From an uncultured Saprospiraceae bacterium (GTDB lineage Bacteria > Bacteroidota > Bacteroidia > Chitinophagales > Saprospiraceae), in assembly GCA_964481485.1 (NCBI GenBank), contig CAYZVM010000004.1, positions 681 through 64,680 on the forward strand: a stretch of DNA of 64,000 nt, read 5' to 3'. Shown piece by piece: positions 54,794 through 63,941 of this stretch (the stretch's first letter is position 1; the number at the start of each line of letters is the position of its first letter). Both the position numbers and the translations under genes were made by a program. The notes beneath the pieces were generated by a model. That model worked only from the letters and a program-made list of their open reading frames with translations, did not search any database and was not told the origin of the DNA.

Positions 54794-54987
54794 ATTTGAG
54801 CGAAATAAAGGTGGGGGCGAAAGCCTAAGGAACGGTGCCGAAATAAAGTACCAAATTGATGCTTATCTTTTGCTGCCATATTTCCTCTTTTTTCGCTCAA
54901 ATAGCACTGCTATGCTCGCTCAAAAACAGAAAATCTGACACCAAAATCTGTTGCCTGAATTTCATACTTTATTCCAGCACCGTTCCT
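54794..54987. repeat. two interleaved inverted repeats in an AT-rich divergent intergenic region
   Basis: IR-A: ATTTGAGCGAAA at 54794-54805 pairs with TTTCGCTCAAAT at 54891-54902 (12/12). IR-B: AGGAACGGTGCCGAAATAAAGTA at 54828-54850 pairs with TACTTTATTCCAGCACCGTTCCT at 54965-54987 (21/23). Confidence 0.8.
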
Positions 54988-55213
54988 AAAATCAGGAGGG
55001 TCTGTAAAAATTTTCAAGAATAGTGCCAGAGTGCCTGTCGGTCTTGGCCAGCCGCTTTCCCGCGCCTTCGTGCTACTGCGGTTTATTTTTGGTTTTTCAG
55101 TGAAGCGATTACCTTCACCCCACCAAAATTTCCTGCCCGCGCCACTCCGACCACACCATGCACTGCGCCCGCGCAGGCATTCATCATTTATCGTTCAAAA
55201 TTCAACATTCAGT

Positions 55214-56287
55214 ATGAGCCGTTTTCGCCCCGGTGTCCTGCACGGACAGGAAGTCACCGACCTTTTCAACTACGCCAACGAGCACAATTTCGCCCTGCCC
55301 GCCGTAAACGTCATCGGCACCAATTCGGTGAATGCCGTTTTGGAAACAGCCGCCGCCGTCAACAGCCCGGTCATTATTCAGTTTTCGCACGGCGGCGCAG
55401 CCTTTTTTGCCGGAAAGGGACTTACCAACGATGGCCAAAAAGCCTCCATTCTCGGCGGTGTTTCTGGCGCGCAACACGTCCACGCGATGGCAGAGGCTTA
55501 TGGCGTGCCGGTCATTCTGCACACCGACCATTGCGCACTGAACATCATTTCGTGGGTGGACGGTCTGCTCGACGCGGGCGAACGTTTTTTTGAAAAAAAT
55601 GGCTACCCGCTGTACAGCAGCCACATGCTCGACCTATCGGAAGAGCCGCTCCACGAGAACATCGAGATTTCGGCAAAATACTTCTCCCGGATGTCGAAAA
55701 TGGGCATGACGCTCGAAATCGAACTCGGCGTGACGGGCGGCGAAGAGGACGGCGTGGACAACACGGGCGTGGATTCGTCGCGCCTTTACACCCAACCGCA
55801 CGAGGTGGCGTATTCTTATGAAAACTTGAAAAAAATCAGCCCCAACTTCACGATTGCCGCCGCTTTTGGCAATGTGCACGGCGTGTACAAACCCGGCAAT
55901 GTCAAACTGGAACCCGTGATTTTGAAAAACTCGCAAGACTATATCCGAGAAAAATTTGGACTGAACGGCAGCAAAACACCCGTCAATTTTGTGTTTCACG
56001 GCGGCTCCGGCTCGGCGCAGTCTGAAATCCGCGAGGCCATCGAATACGGCGCGGTCAAGATGAATATTGACACCGATATGCAGTGGGCATTTTGGGAAGG
56101 AATCCGAAACTATTATGAAGGGAAAAAGGGCTACTTGCAAAGCCAAATCGGCAATCCCGACGGCGCGGACAAACCCAACAAAAAATACTACGACCCGCGT
56201 GTGTGGCTCCGCGAGGGGGAAAAAACGTTCGTGATGCGGCTCAAACAGGCATTCGAGGATTTGAACTGTATTGGGAAAAATGCTTAG
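55214..56287 (+). CDS. fbaA: class II fructose-bisphosphate aldolase
   Basis: ATG at 55214. PAVNVIGTNSVNAVLE, ILHTDHC, FGNVHGVYKPGNV and HGGSGS blocks. Confidence 0.9.
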   Translation: MSRFRPGVLHGQEVTDLFNYANEHNFALPAVNVIGTNSVNAVLETAAAVNSPVIIQFSHGGAAFFAGKGLTNDGQKASILGGVSGAQHVHAMAEAYGVPVILHTDHCALNIISWVDGLLDAGERFFEKNGYPLYSSHMLDLSEEPLHENIEISAKYFSRMSKMGMTLEIELGVTGGEEDGVDNTGVDSSRLYTQPHEVAYSYENLKKISPNFTIAAAFGNVHGVYKPGNVKLEPVILKNSQDYIREKFGLNGSKTPVNFVFHGGSGSAQSEIREAIEYGAVKMNIDTDMQWAFWEGIRNYYEGKKGYLQSQIGNPDGADKPNKKYYDPRVWLREGEKTFVMRLKQAFEDLNCIGKNA

Positions 56288-56334
56288 TTTTTGGGACAGG
56301 GTTTTTGTGCGATTCACAGGTTCTTTTTAATAGA

Positions 56335-56378
56335 AAAATCGTCCTGCTGCTTTCGAGCCGCAGGACGATTTTCTTTTT
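56335..56378 (+). terminator. rho-independent terminator of fbaA
   Basis: AAAATCGTCCTGC-N12-GCAGGACGATTTT followed by CTTTTT. Confidence 0.75.
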
Positions 56379-56430
56379 GAGGATGCAGCATCCGACCAAC
56401 CTCGTGTATCTTGGCAGCAATCCAGTTGAT

Positions 56431-57054
56431 ATGAAATCCCTGCTACTTTGCTTTTGCTTATTTGCCTTTTTCACCTCTGTCGCACAGAAAGTACACGAAG
56501 TAAAAACCGACGTGCTGATGCCTTTCATCAAAGGCGCACATCTTTCTTACGAGTGTATCCCAACTGGCCAATTCGGCTTCGAGCTTGAGGCGCGATATCG
56601 GTGGGATGTGCGTGGCGAGTATAGAATAGGGCCCCCAAATTCAACCAACCCGTTGATTGATTACCATACCTATTTTATTGATGCCGACCAGCAGGCATTG
56701 ACCTTGACATTCGCCATAAAATACTACTTTTTGAACGAGCACGATGGGAATGGGCTATATGCGGGCGCTTATTTGCGAAACGATATCTTGACAACTCGCA
56801 AGATTGATTTTCATGAGACATTGGTTGTGCCCGAATATGAATATAACACCACTGGCAAGCCGGAAGAGCAAGGAGAACGGCATCTTCGCAATGGCCTTGG
56901 AATTTTATCGGGCTATAAATTTATGCTGGCCGAGCATTTTTTTCTCGAATTCGCCCTCGGTTTCGACTTGAATATGGATACTTGGTTCCGGTCGGAAAAC
57001 CGCAAAGCGGAGGTGGCTTGCATCCCTACTTTGAAAGCGGGGTATCGTTTCTGA
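56431..57054 (+). CDS. putative outer-membrane beta-barrel protein
   Basis: Signal peptide MKSLLLCFCLFAFFTSVAQ. Alternating beta-strand-like pattern, ends ..LKAGYRF. GC is lower than the surroundings. Confidence 0.4.
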   Translation: MKSLLLCFCLFAFFTSVAQKVHEVKTDVLMPFIKGAHLSYECIPTGQFGFELEARYRWDVRGEYRIGPPNSTNPLIDYHTYFIDADQQALTLTFAIKYYFLNEHDGNGLYAGAYLRNDILTTRKIDFHETLVVPEYEYNTTGKPEEQGERHLRNGLGILSGYKFMLAEHFFLEFALGFDLNMDTWFRSENRKAEVACIPTLKAGYRF

Positions 57055-57060
57055 GCAACC

Positions 57061-58296
57061 TCACTTCTTCTTTTTCCCTTTCTGCCATTTTTCCGCCTCT
57101 TCTATCTCGCGCATCACATCTTTCCATTTGTCCGGCACATCTTCGGTCAGGTTCACGGTGTCGGCGTAGTCTTTTTTGGCGATGCCCAACACGGCGATGG
57201 GCTTAGTGAGGTATTGCTCGATTTCGGCCAGCATGGGTCTTTCTTCGGGACTGCAAAAAGACACGGCTTCGCCTTTTTGGACACCCCGGCCAGTGCGCCC
57301 CACGCGGTGGACGTAGTTCTCGGCGACATCCGGCAGGTCGTAATTGATCACATAATCCACGTTGGGAATGTCAATGCCGCGGGAAGTTACATCGGTGGCA
57401 ATCAGCACTTTGAGCGTGCCGTCGCGGAATTTGCCCATCACCTCCAGCCGGTCTTGCTGCTCCTTGTCGCCGTGGATGGTTTGGCAAACAATGCCCACGC
57501 GCTCCATGGCTTTCAACACGCGCTCGGCCCGCACTTTGGTGCGCACGAACACGAGGATTTTGCTATCGGGGTGGTCATTCAGAAAACGCTCCAAGAAAAA
57601 ACGTTTGTCGTCCATTTCGATGAATGCCACGGCGTGGCTGATGTTTTTGGCCACAGGGTCTTTTGGCGACACTTGGATACGCACGGGATTGGAAACCAGC
57701 GAATAAGCCAGTTTTTTGATGGTATCGTTGATGGTGGCGGAGAAAAACAGTGTCTGCCGTTTGCGGGGCAGGAATTTGATGAGGTCGCGAATGTCTTTGA
57801 TAAAACCCAAATCGAGCATGTGGTCGGCTTCATCGAGCACGATGATTTCCACACGATCCAATTGGATATGGCCCTGACTCACAAGGTCGAACATCCGCCC
57901 CGGCGTGGTCACCAGCACGTCAATTCCTTTTTCCAAACGGGCGATTTGCGGAGCCTGTTCCACGCCGCCAAACACACAAAATGTCTTCACCCGTGTGTGT
58001 TGACCGATGCTGTGGAATACTTCGGTAATCTGAATGGCCAATTCGCGGGTCGGCACCATGACGACGCATTTGATGCCGTCGGGGCGGGCGGATTTTTTTC
58101 TCTGGTGCAACAAATGCAGTATCGGGATGACAAAAGCCGCTGTTTTTCCCGTGCCTGTTTGGGCGATAGCCAGTACATCTTCACCTTTTAAAATAGATGG
58201 AATCGCCTTGAATTGGATGTCCGTCGGGCGTTTGAAGCCCAATTCCTGCAAATTGCGCTTGATTTCCGGCGCTATGTAGTAATCTTCGAATCGCAT
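57061..58296 (-). CDS. DEAD-box ATP-dependent RNA helicase
   Basis: Q-motif, AQTGTGKT, DEAD, SAT and HRVGRTGR motifs. Lys-rich tail. Confidence 0.9.
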   Translation of the reverse strand: MRFEDYYIAPEIKRNLQELGFKRPTDIQFKAIPSILKGEDVLAIAQTGTGKTAAFVIPILHLLHQRKKSARPDGIKCVVMVPTRELAIQITEVFHSIGQHTRVKTFCVFGGVEQAPQIARLEKGIDVLVTTPGRMFDLVSQGHIQLDRVEIIVLDEADHMLDLGFIKDIRDLIKFLPRKRQTLFFSATINDTIKKLAYSLVSNPVRIQVSPKDPVAKNISHAVAFIEMDDKRFFLERFLNDHPDSKILVFVRTKVRAERVLKAMERVGIVCQTIHGDKEQQDRLEVMGKFRDGTLKVLIATDVTSRGIDIPNVDYVINYDLPDVAENYVHRVGRTGRGVQKGEAVSFCSPEERPMLAEIEQYLTKPIAVLGIAKKDYADTVNLTEDVPDKWKDVMREIEEAEKWQKGKKKK

Positions 58297-58315
58297 GGTC
58301 GGTGTGTATTGGTGG

Positions 58316-58342
58316 CAAAGGTAGCGACTTGCGCCCCCGCAA
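58316..58342 (-). promoter_or_regulatory. candidate promoter of the DEAD-box helicase gene
   Basis: Minus strand reads TTG-N16-TACCTTTG, about 20 nt upstream of the ATG. Confidence 0.4.
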
Positions 58343-58401
58343 TCTTGGAAACAAAATTGTTGGCCGCTTTCAATAAGTTACACAATTTTTAACTCAAAAA
58401 A

Positions 58402-58430
58402 TTGGACATTCCCATAAAAGAGTACATTTG
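58402..58430 (+). promoter_or_regulatory. candidate promoter of the histone H1-like gene
   Basis: TTG at 58402, 18-nt spacer, TACATTTG at 58423-58430. ATG at 58464. Confidence 0.5.
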
Positions 58431-58463
58431 CCGCATCAATTGTTCACTTTTATCAAACTGATT

Positions 58464-58652
58464 ATGAGCAAAATTTTTGAGGACATCAAACAAAAAGTAG
58501 CCGAAGCCGAAGCTGAAGTTTCAAAATTCTACGGAGGCAACAATGCCGCAGGCGGCAGAGTCAGAAAAGCAATGCAAGAACTGAAAGAGATGGCGACCGA
58601 ACTTCGGAAGCATGTGCTGGAGACCAAAAACTCAAGAAAAGCAGCGAAATAA
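58464..58652 (+). CDS. histone H1-like small basic protein
   Basis: 62 aa. ..KFYGGNNAAGGRVRKAMQELKEMATELRKHV.. matches the recalled Bacteroidota 'histone H1' family pattern. Confidence 0.6.
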   Translation: MSKIFEDIKQKVAEAEAEVSKFYGGNNAAGGRVRKAMQELKEMATELRKHVLETKNSRKAAK

Positions 58653-58673
58653 CCGCTGAAGCGAAATTTGTTT

Positions 58674-58719
58674 CACCCGCAAGCGCCGGCCCAATGCCGG
58701 AGTTTGCGGGTGTTTTTTT
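58674..58719 (+). terminator. rho-independent terminator of the H1-like gene
   Basis: CACCCGCAA-N21-TTGCGGGTG followed by T7. Confidence 0.8.
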
Positions 58720-58815
58720 GATAACAACCAAACTGCGCGACCTATGCCCGCACATGGCAGGGCCGCAAAACAGACGAAGCGGATTTTGCAGTTTTTAACA
58801 AGTTTTTTTGTAAAA

Positions 58816-58976
58816 GAGGCTGTCTAAAGTTTTTTCAATGGATGCTTTTCATGTCTTTTGGGCTGCGGCTTCGTTAAATTTTTCGCCGTAGGTCTCGGCT
58901 ATTGCTGCAAAATTTTCCTCACCTCGCTTCAAAATTCAAAGAAAATCATTCCCTCAAAAAAACTTTAGACAGCCTC
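58816..58976. repeat. 20-bp perfect inverted repeat flanking a 121-bp AT-rich spacer
   Basis: GAGGCTGTCTAAAGTTTTTT at 58816-58835 and AAAAAACTTTAGACAGCCTC at 58957-58976. Confidence 0.85.
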
Positions 58977-59152
58977 GTCGCTTGATTCGTGGAAACGCGC
59001 TGTGCGAAATGGCTTCAATGTTCGGGAAATGTTGTAGGGATTATTGAGTCAAAAAGATTTATTGCCTGAAATTGCAAGCAAGATATCGCTTGACCCAATG
59101 TTGTGAACAATACGTTTCGACCATTTGCCGCAGCAGTCGTTACCTTTGCTGC

Positions 59153-61936
59153 ATGGAATACATTGGCGAAAATCTCCTCCCCGGCCAAATCGGCCATTTG
59201 TGCGTGGTGCTGTCTTTCGTGGCGGCGCTGCTCTCCACTTTTGCCTACTTTTTTGCCACAAAAAAACGCGAAACAGCCGAATCCGAGGGCTGGCGCAATA
59301 TCGGCAGGTTCTCTTTCCTGCTGCACGGGCTGGCTACGTTCGGCATTATTGGCAGCTTGTTTTACCTGCTGATGGGCAAAATGTACGAGTACCAATATGC
59401 TTGGGCGAATGTGTCGGACGACCTGCCCGCGCAGTACATTTTTTCCGCTTTTTGGAAAGAGCAGCAGGGCAGTTTCCTGTTGTGGAGTTTTTGGCACATC
59501 GTGTTGGGTGTCGTGTTGGTGTTGCGTGCCGGGAAATGGGAAGCACCTGTTTTGACCATCGTGGCGCTGGCAGAGGTGTTTATTGCAAGTATGCTGGTGG
59601 GGCTTTACTTCGGTGATTTCCGGCTGGGGGTCACGCCGTTTGAATTGCTGCGCGACACAATGGACGCGCCGATTTTTGCGCAAGGGGATTATTTGACAAA
59701 AATAAAAGGCAACGGCCTGAACCCCTTGCTCCAGAATTATTGGATGACCATCCACCCCCCTACCCTTTTCCTCGGTTTTGCCAGCACGATTGTGCCGTTT
59801 GGGTATGCCATCGCGGGGCTGTGGACGCGCGAACACAAAGAATGGCTGAAGCCCGCCCTGTCGTGGTCGCTTTTTTCCGGCGCGATTCTCGGCACGGGTA
59901 TTCTGATGGGGGGCGCCTGGGCGTATGAAGCATTGTCGTTTGCCGGATATTGGGCTTGGGACCCCGTGGAAAATTCCTCGCTCGTTCCCTGGATTACGCT
60001 CGTGGCGGGCATTCACACGAATCTGGTGGCGCGCTCGACGGGTTATTCCATCCGCAGCACTTATGGATTTTACCTGATGACTTTTGTGCTGATTTTGTAT
60101 TCGACGTACCTCACGCGGAGCGGTATTTTGGGCGACACGTCGGCACACGCTTTCACGGAAATGGGGCTTGGTTTTCAGTTGCTGCTGTTCATTTTTTCTT
60201 TCACCATACTGGGTCTGGCGATGTGGATTTGGCGGTACAAAGAAGTGCCCGACATAAAGGGCGAGGAGAGCGCCAAAAGCCGCGAGTTCTGGATGTTTAT
60301 AGGCTCGCTGGTGTTGTTGTTTTCGGCGGTACTCATCACCGGGGCGACTTCGCTGCCAGTTTTCAACAAGTTGTTCGGCACGGATTGGGCTTTGGCCGAC
60401 CCGGTGGAACACCACAACCGCTATCAACTTTGGATTGCGGTTTTCATCGGTTTTTTGAGCGCTGTCGGTCAATGGATGCGTTACAACGAGCGGAATTGGT
60501 CGGTGCACGCAAAAAAATTCGGTCTGCACATTGGCATCGCGGCGGTGGGCGCGGTGGTGCTGACCATACTCAATTCGTTGTGGATCAATGTGCGGGCGTG
60601 GCAATTGTTCGCGCTGTTGTTCGCCGGGATGTTCACTCTCGTCGCCAATGCCGATTATTTGATTTCGGTGTTGAAAGGGAATTTGAAACTCGCTGGCTCC
60701 GCGATGGCTCACTTTGGTTTTGGCGTTTTGGTACTGGGCGTCTTGAGCACGGGATTGGGCAAAGAATGGATTTCAACCAATTCTTTCGCTATGGAAGGCC
60801 TCATAGAAGGCATGGGCGACGACGCGATGAACAAAAATGTGCTGTTGATGAAAGAGGCGCCGATGCCGATTCGAGATTTCACGGCCACTTATTTGAAAGA
60901 TACCGTCGTGCGCCAGACGCGGACGTTCACAGTCCAATTCCAACGCCGCGACACAGCCGGCAACCCAACCGGCGAGGAATTCACGCTCACGCCCAATGTG
61001 ATGTACGACCGCGAATTTTCCAAAGTCGTCGCCTCCAACCCTTCGACCAAACACTACTGGAATTACGACATTTTCACCCACGTCTCTTCGCTGCCAAAAG
61101 CCGAACTTGACCGGGAGTTTGCACAACAACAGGAAGACAGCCTCCGGTTTGAAAAATACGAGGCGGCGGTGGGCGACACGATTTTTACCCAAAAACACTA
61201 CCTCGTGGTGGAGGGTATTTCGAAGCAGCCACAACATCCTGATTACCGCGCCGAAAAGGGCGATTTGGCATTTGGCCTGCGGCTCCGCGCCTATGCATTG
61301 GACGACCCGAATTCGTATCCCGTGGAGCCGATGCTCTACCTGCGCATGGGCAAAGGCGGCTTCACATTGCCCGCAGCGGTCAATCAGTTGCAACTGAAAA
61401 CCCGCCTGACCGAAGCCTCGATGGAGCGGATTTTTCAGTTGGAAAATGAATTGAAATACACCAATTTCGGGGTGAAAGAAGGGGGCGGTTTTGAGTACCG
61501 GGGATATAAAATTCGATTCACCGGTGCCGAGCGCGAAGTAAAAAACCCTTCCTATTCCGCCGAAGAAGGCGATATCGCGGTGGGTGCTGTTTTGGAAATC
61601 ACCGCCCCCGATGGGCAAACAGCCAGTGCCACGCCGGTCTATCTGATTCGGGGCAACCAGCCGTTCAGTCTGAAAGACGAAGCCCCCCAATTCGGCCTGC
61701 ATTTCCGTTTTGAAAATATTGACCCGAAAGCAGGGGTGCTGACCATCGGGGTGGCACAAGCTGACAACACCCAGCGCAAAATCCCTATTGAAATCGCCGA
61801 GAACGTGGCCCGCTCCGACTACATCGTGCTGGAGGCTATTTTGTTTCCGGGCATCAATTTCGTGTGGCTCGGCTCCATCATGATGATGCTGGGTTTGGGG
61901 GTGGCGCTGTGGCGGCGGTTGAGCGGTGGGCAGTGA
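59153..61936 (+). CDS. ccmF: cytochrome c-type biogenesis haem lyase CcmF-like protein
   Basis: ATG at 59153. WWD-type motif GGAWAYEALSFAGYWAWDPVENSSLVPW. Many TM helices, a long periplasmic C-terminal part and a final TM. Confidence 0.7.
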   Translation: MEYIGENLLPGQIGHLCVVLSFVAALLSTFAYFFATKKRETAESEGWRNIGRFSFLLHGLATFGIIGSLFYLLMGKMYEYQYAWANVSDDLPAQYIFSAFWKEQQGSFLLWSFWHIVLGVVLVLRAGKWEAPVLTIVALAEVFIASMLVGLYFGDFRLGVTPFELLRDTMDAPIFAQGDYLTKIKGNGLNPLLQNYWMTIHPPTLFLGFASTIVPFGYAIAGLWTREHKEWLKPALSWSLFSGAILGTGILMGGAWAYEALSFAGYWAWDPVENSSLVPWITLVAGIHTNLVARSTGYSIRSTYGFYLMTFVLILYSTYLTRSGILGDTSAHAFTEMGLGFQLLLFIFSFTILGLAMWIWRYKEVPDIKGEESAKSREFWMFIGSLVLLFSAVLITGATSLPVFNKLFGTDWALADPVEHHNRYQLWIAVFIGFLSAVGQWMRYNERNWSVHAKKFGLHIGIAAVGAVVLTILNSLWINVRAWQLFALLFAGMFTLVANADYLISVLKGNLKLAGSAMAHFGFGVLVLGVLSTGLGKEWISTNSFAMEGLIEGMGDDAMNKNVLLMKEAPMPIRDFTATYLKDTVVRQTRTFTVQFQRRDTAGNPTGEEFTLTPNVMYDREFSKVVASNPSTKHYWNYDIFTHVSSLPKAELDREFAQQQEDSLRFEKYEAAVGDTIFTQKHYLVVEGISKQPQHPDYRAEKGDLAFGLRLRAYALDDPNSYPVEPMLYLRMGKGGFTLPAAVNQLQLKTRLTEASMERIFQLENELKYTNFGVKEGGGFEYRGYKIRFTGAEREVKNPSYSAEEGDIAVGAVLEITAPDGQTASATPVYLIRGNQPFSLKDEAPQFGLHFRFENIDPKAGVLTIGVAQADNTQRKIPIEIAENVARSDYIVLEAILFPGINFVWLGSIMMMLGLGVALWRRLSGGQ

Positions 61937-61954
61937 GCAGTAAGCAGTCTTTCA

Positions 61955-62716
61955 ATGTTTTACGAAGAATATCCTCCCGGCGATGGGCTGCGGCAATACA
62001 TCGCATCGTACTGGAAATTTGTAGCGCCGCCGGGCGATTATCCGCCCATTCAGCATACCGCGCCACCCGATGGTTGTGTCTCATTGTTGTTGCACACCAA
62101 CCCGACTTACCATTTGCGCCAGTCCATATTGCTTGGCCCCAGCATTGGCGTTGTGCAGAGCACTTTACTTCCCGGCTCGGTCTATGTCGGAGCGCGTTTT
62201 ATGCCGGGCGCATTTTCATGCTTCTTCGATTACCCGCCCGAATCTTTGCGCGACCGCCATATTTTATTGGAAAACGAGGCGCATTTTTCCGATGTTTTTG
62301 ACCAATTGGATGCCGATTTTGAAAATCTCGACTCCGTTGGAGCGGTGTTGTTGCAATCCAAAAACGGCGAACCGGATGTAGAAGTCGGCAAAGCGGTTCG
62401 GTTATTGGTGGAGAGCGAAGGGAATCTGCGCATCGCCGAGATAATCCGCCAAGCGTTCATCGGGGAGCGGCAATTGCAGCGGCGTTTCAGGCAGGAAGTA
62501 GGGCTGAGTATGAAAGAGTTTGCGCGTGTGCGGCGGATGCGGGCGGCGATGGTGCGGCTCGTGCTGCATCGGCAAACCACCCTCGATGCGTCGCTCAATA
62601 GCGGCTACTACGACCAAGCACATTTTCTCCATGATTTTCAGGCCTTTGCCCGCATGAAGCCCTCCGAATTGGAAAAATATTTGAGACAAATCGAACACGG
62701 CGCTATTCACTGGTAA
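61955..62716 (+). CDS. AraC-family transcriptional regulator
   Basis: C-terminal HTH: LQRRFRQEVGLSMKEFARVRRM...SGYYDQAHFLHDFQAFARMKPSE. Confidence 0.7.
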   Translation: MFYEEYPPGDGLRQYIASYWKFVAPPGDYPPIQHTAPPDGCVSLLLHTNPTYHLRQSILLGPSIGVVQSTLLPGSVYVGARFMPGAFSCFFDYPPESLRDRHILLENEAHFSDVFDQLDADFENLDSVGAVLLQSKNGEPDVEVGKAVRLLVESEGNLRIAEIIRQAFIGERQLQRRFRQEVGLSMKEFARVRRMRAAMVRLVLHRQTTLDASLNSGYYDQAHFLHDFQAFARMKPSELEKYLRQIEHGAIHW

Positions 62717-62798
62717 AACGACGGATTTTTACAAGCGCACACGCCAAGGCCGCTTTAATCTTGCGCCATCTTTTAATTTCAAAAATAAATTTTCCGCA

Positions 62799-63326
62799 AT
62801 GAAAAACGCTCGCCTCCTCTTGGCCGGATTTGTCTCCTTCTTGCTGACTTTCAATGTCATAGCACAAATGCCCAAACCACAAACTGATTCTGTAGCCGCC
62901 AAACTGGCGTTGCTTCCTATCCAAGCCGGTGAGTGGGTCGGGCGCGGCTGGATTAAAATGGAGCCCGAAAAACACGAGTTCGAACAGCATGAAAAAATCA
63001 CCACCTACCTCGACGGGAGTGTGCTGCAAATAGAAGGCACCGGCACACAAGAGGGGAAGGTGATACACAAGGCGATGGCAATAGTTAGCTACGATGTCGC
63101 TTCAGGTCAGTACAAATTCCGCTCGTTCAAAGATGGCTACATGATGGATGCCGAATGTGGCCTGAACCCCGACGGCTCATTTTATTGGAACATGAAAAAC
63201 CCGCGCGGCCTCATCCAGTATATCATTCGCCTGAAAGATGGAAAATGGCAGGAAACCGGCTCGTTTTCATTCGATAACGGCCAAAATTGGATGCCTTTTT
63301 TTGAAATGACTTTGACAAAAAAATAG
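62799..63326 (+). CDS. secreted hypothetical protein (lipocalin/DUF1579-like size)
   Basis: Signal peptide. 175 aa. Confidence 0.45.
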   Translation: MKNARLLLAGFVSFLLTFNVIAQMPKPQTDSVAAKLALLPIQAGEWVGRGWIKMEPEKHEFEQHEKITTYLDGSVLQIEGTGTQEGKVIHKAMAIVSYDVASGQYKFRSFKDGYMMDAECGLNPDGSFYWNMKNPRGLIQYIIRLKDGKWQETGSFSFDNGQNWMPFFEMTLTKK

Positions 63327-63335
63327 GTCGTAGGC

Positions 63336-63734
63336 TCAACCCTTCTTCTCCGACCGAACATAAATTTCTTGGTCTTTGTACTTCGACGGGCATTTGAGCA
63401 GCATATCCGATGCCTCAAAATTATCGCCCTGCATCTGGCCGGTGAGCACGATGGATTCCGAACGCTCAAAGTCTTGCGGCTTGGCGGCACGCAACACGAC
63501 TTGGCGCACTTCGCCCGCCTCGTCTTTCATATAAAAAGCCATGTAGTTCGGGTCTTTCTCCGGGTTGTATTCCACCGGGCGGTCTTTCACGAGTTGGCCG
63601 ATGAGTTTCACGCGGTCGCCGTTCTGGGTGGCTTGCGCAAAATTGGAGTAGGTCGTCACGTCTTTGCTGGCCGAAATAAGAATGCCAATAGCGACGGCGA
63701 CGATGCCGATGGCAAGTATGTGCGATTTTTTCAT
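63336..63734 (-). CDS. ccmE: cytochrome c maturation haem chaperone CcmE, CxxxY variant
   Basis: ATG at 63734. N-terminal TM, OB-fold-sized body. LLKCPSKY aligns with E. coli LAKHDENY. Confidence 0.75.
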   Translation of the reverse strand: MKKSHILAIGIVAVAIGILISASKDVTTYSNFAQATQNGDRVKLIGQLVKDRPVEYNPEKDPNYMAFYMKDEAGEVRQVVLRAAKPQDFERSESIVLTGQMQGDNFEASDMLLKCPSKYKDQEIYVRSEKKG

Positions 63735-63749
63735 AGTCACGATTTTGTG

Positions 63750-63757
63750 CAAAAGTA
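63750..63757 (-). promoter_or_regulatory. candidate -7 box (TACTTTTG) for ccmE
   Basis: Matches TAnnTTTG about 16 nt upstream of the ATG. Implies a very short leader. Confidence 0.35.
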
Positions 63758-63852
63758 AGACGCAAAATGGGTAGCGCGAGTTGCAGTTCGTCACTTCTTT
63801 TGCTGATTTTTTTTGCGGGAATGACGCCAAAGCGTCAGGCAAAACCCAATTT

Positions 63853-63941
63853 TTGTCATCCTGTAAGGAACTGTCCGCTCTACGGCGAGTGAAACGTGTG
63901 CTTCCCCCTCGTAGAGCGGACAGTTCCTTACAGGATGACAA
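63853..63941. repeat. perfect 32-bp inverted repeat with 25-nt loop (TGTCATCCTG family)
   Basis: TTGTCATCCTGTAAGGAACTGTCCGCTCTACG at 63853-63884. Its exact reverse complement is at 63910-63941. Confidence 0.95.

Noticed and set aside
54732-54938. 68-aa ORF in the fbaA/tonB-like intergenic region
   Set aside because: It has a TTG start, runs through both inverted repeats, and has an AT-rich, low-complexity composition. There is no support for coding.
58855-58935. Protein-like 27-codon frame (..EENFAAIAETYGEKFNEAAAQKT*) on the minus strand inside the 20-bp IR element
   Set aside because: It is too short, has only TTG/ATT as possible starts, and cannot be distinguished from chance.
59015-60712. 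565-aa ORF on the minus strand
   Set aside because: It is entirely antisense to ccmF, which has the WWD motif. It is rich in R/H/Q/P with no motifs, a typical shadow ORF of a GC-rich gene.
63735-63941. N-terminal extension of the ccmE ORF (TTG at 63941)
   Set aside because: The extension simply translates the perfect 32-bp inverted repeat. A canonical ATG followed by a TM helix at 63734 and a -7 box at 63750 fit a shorter gene.
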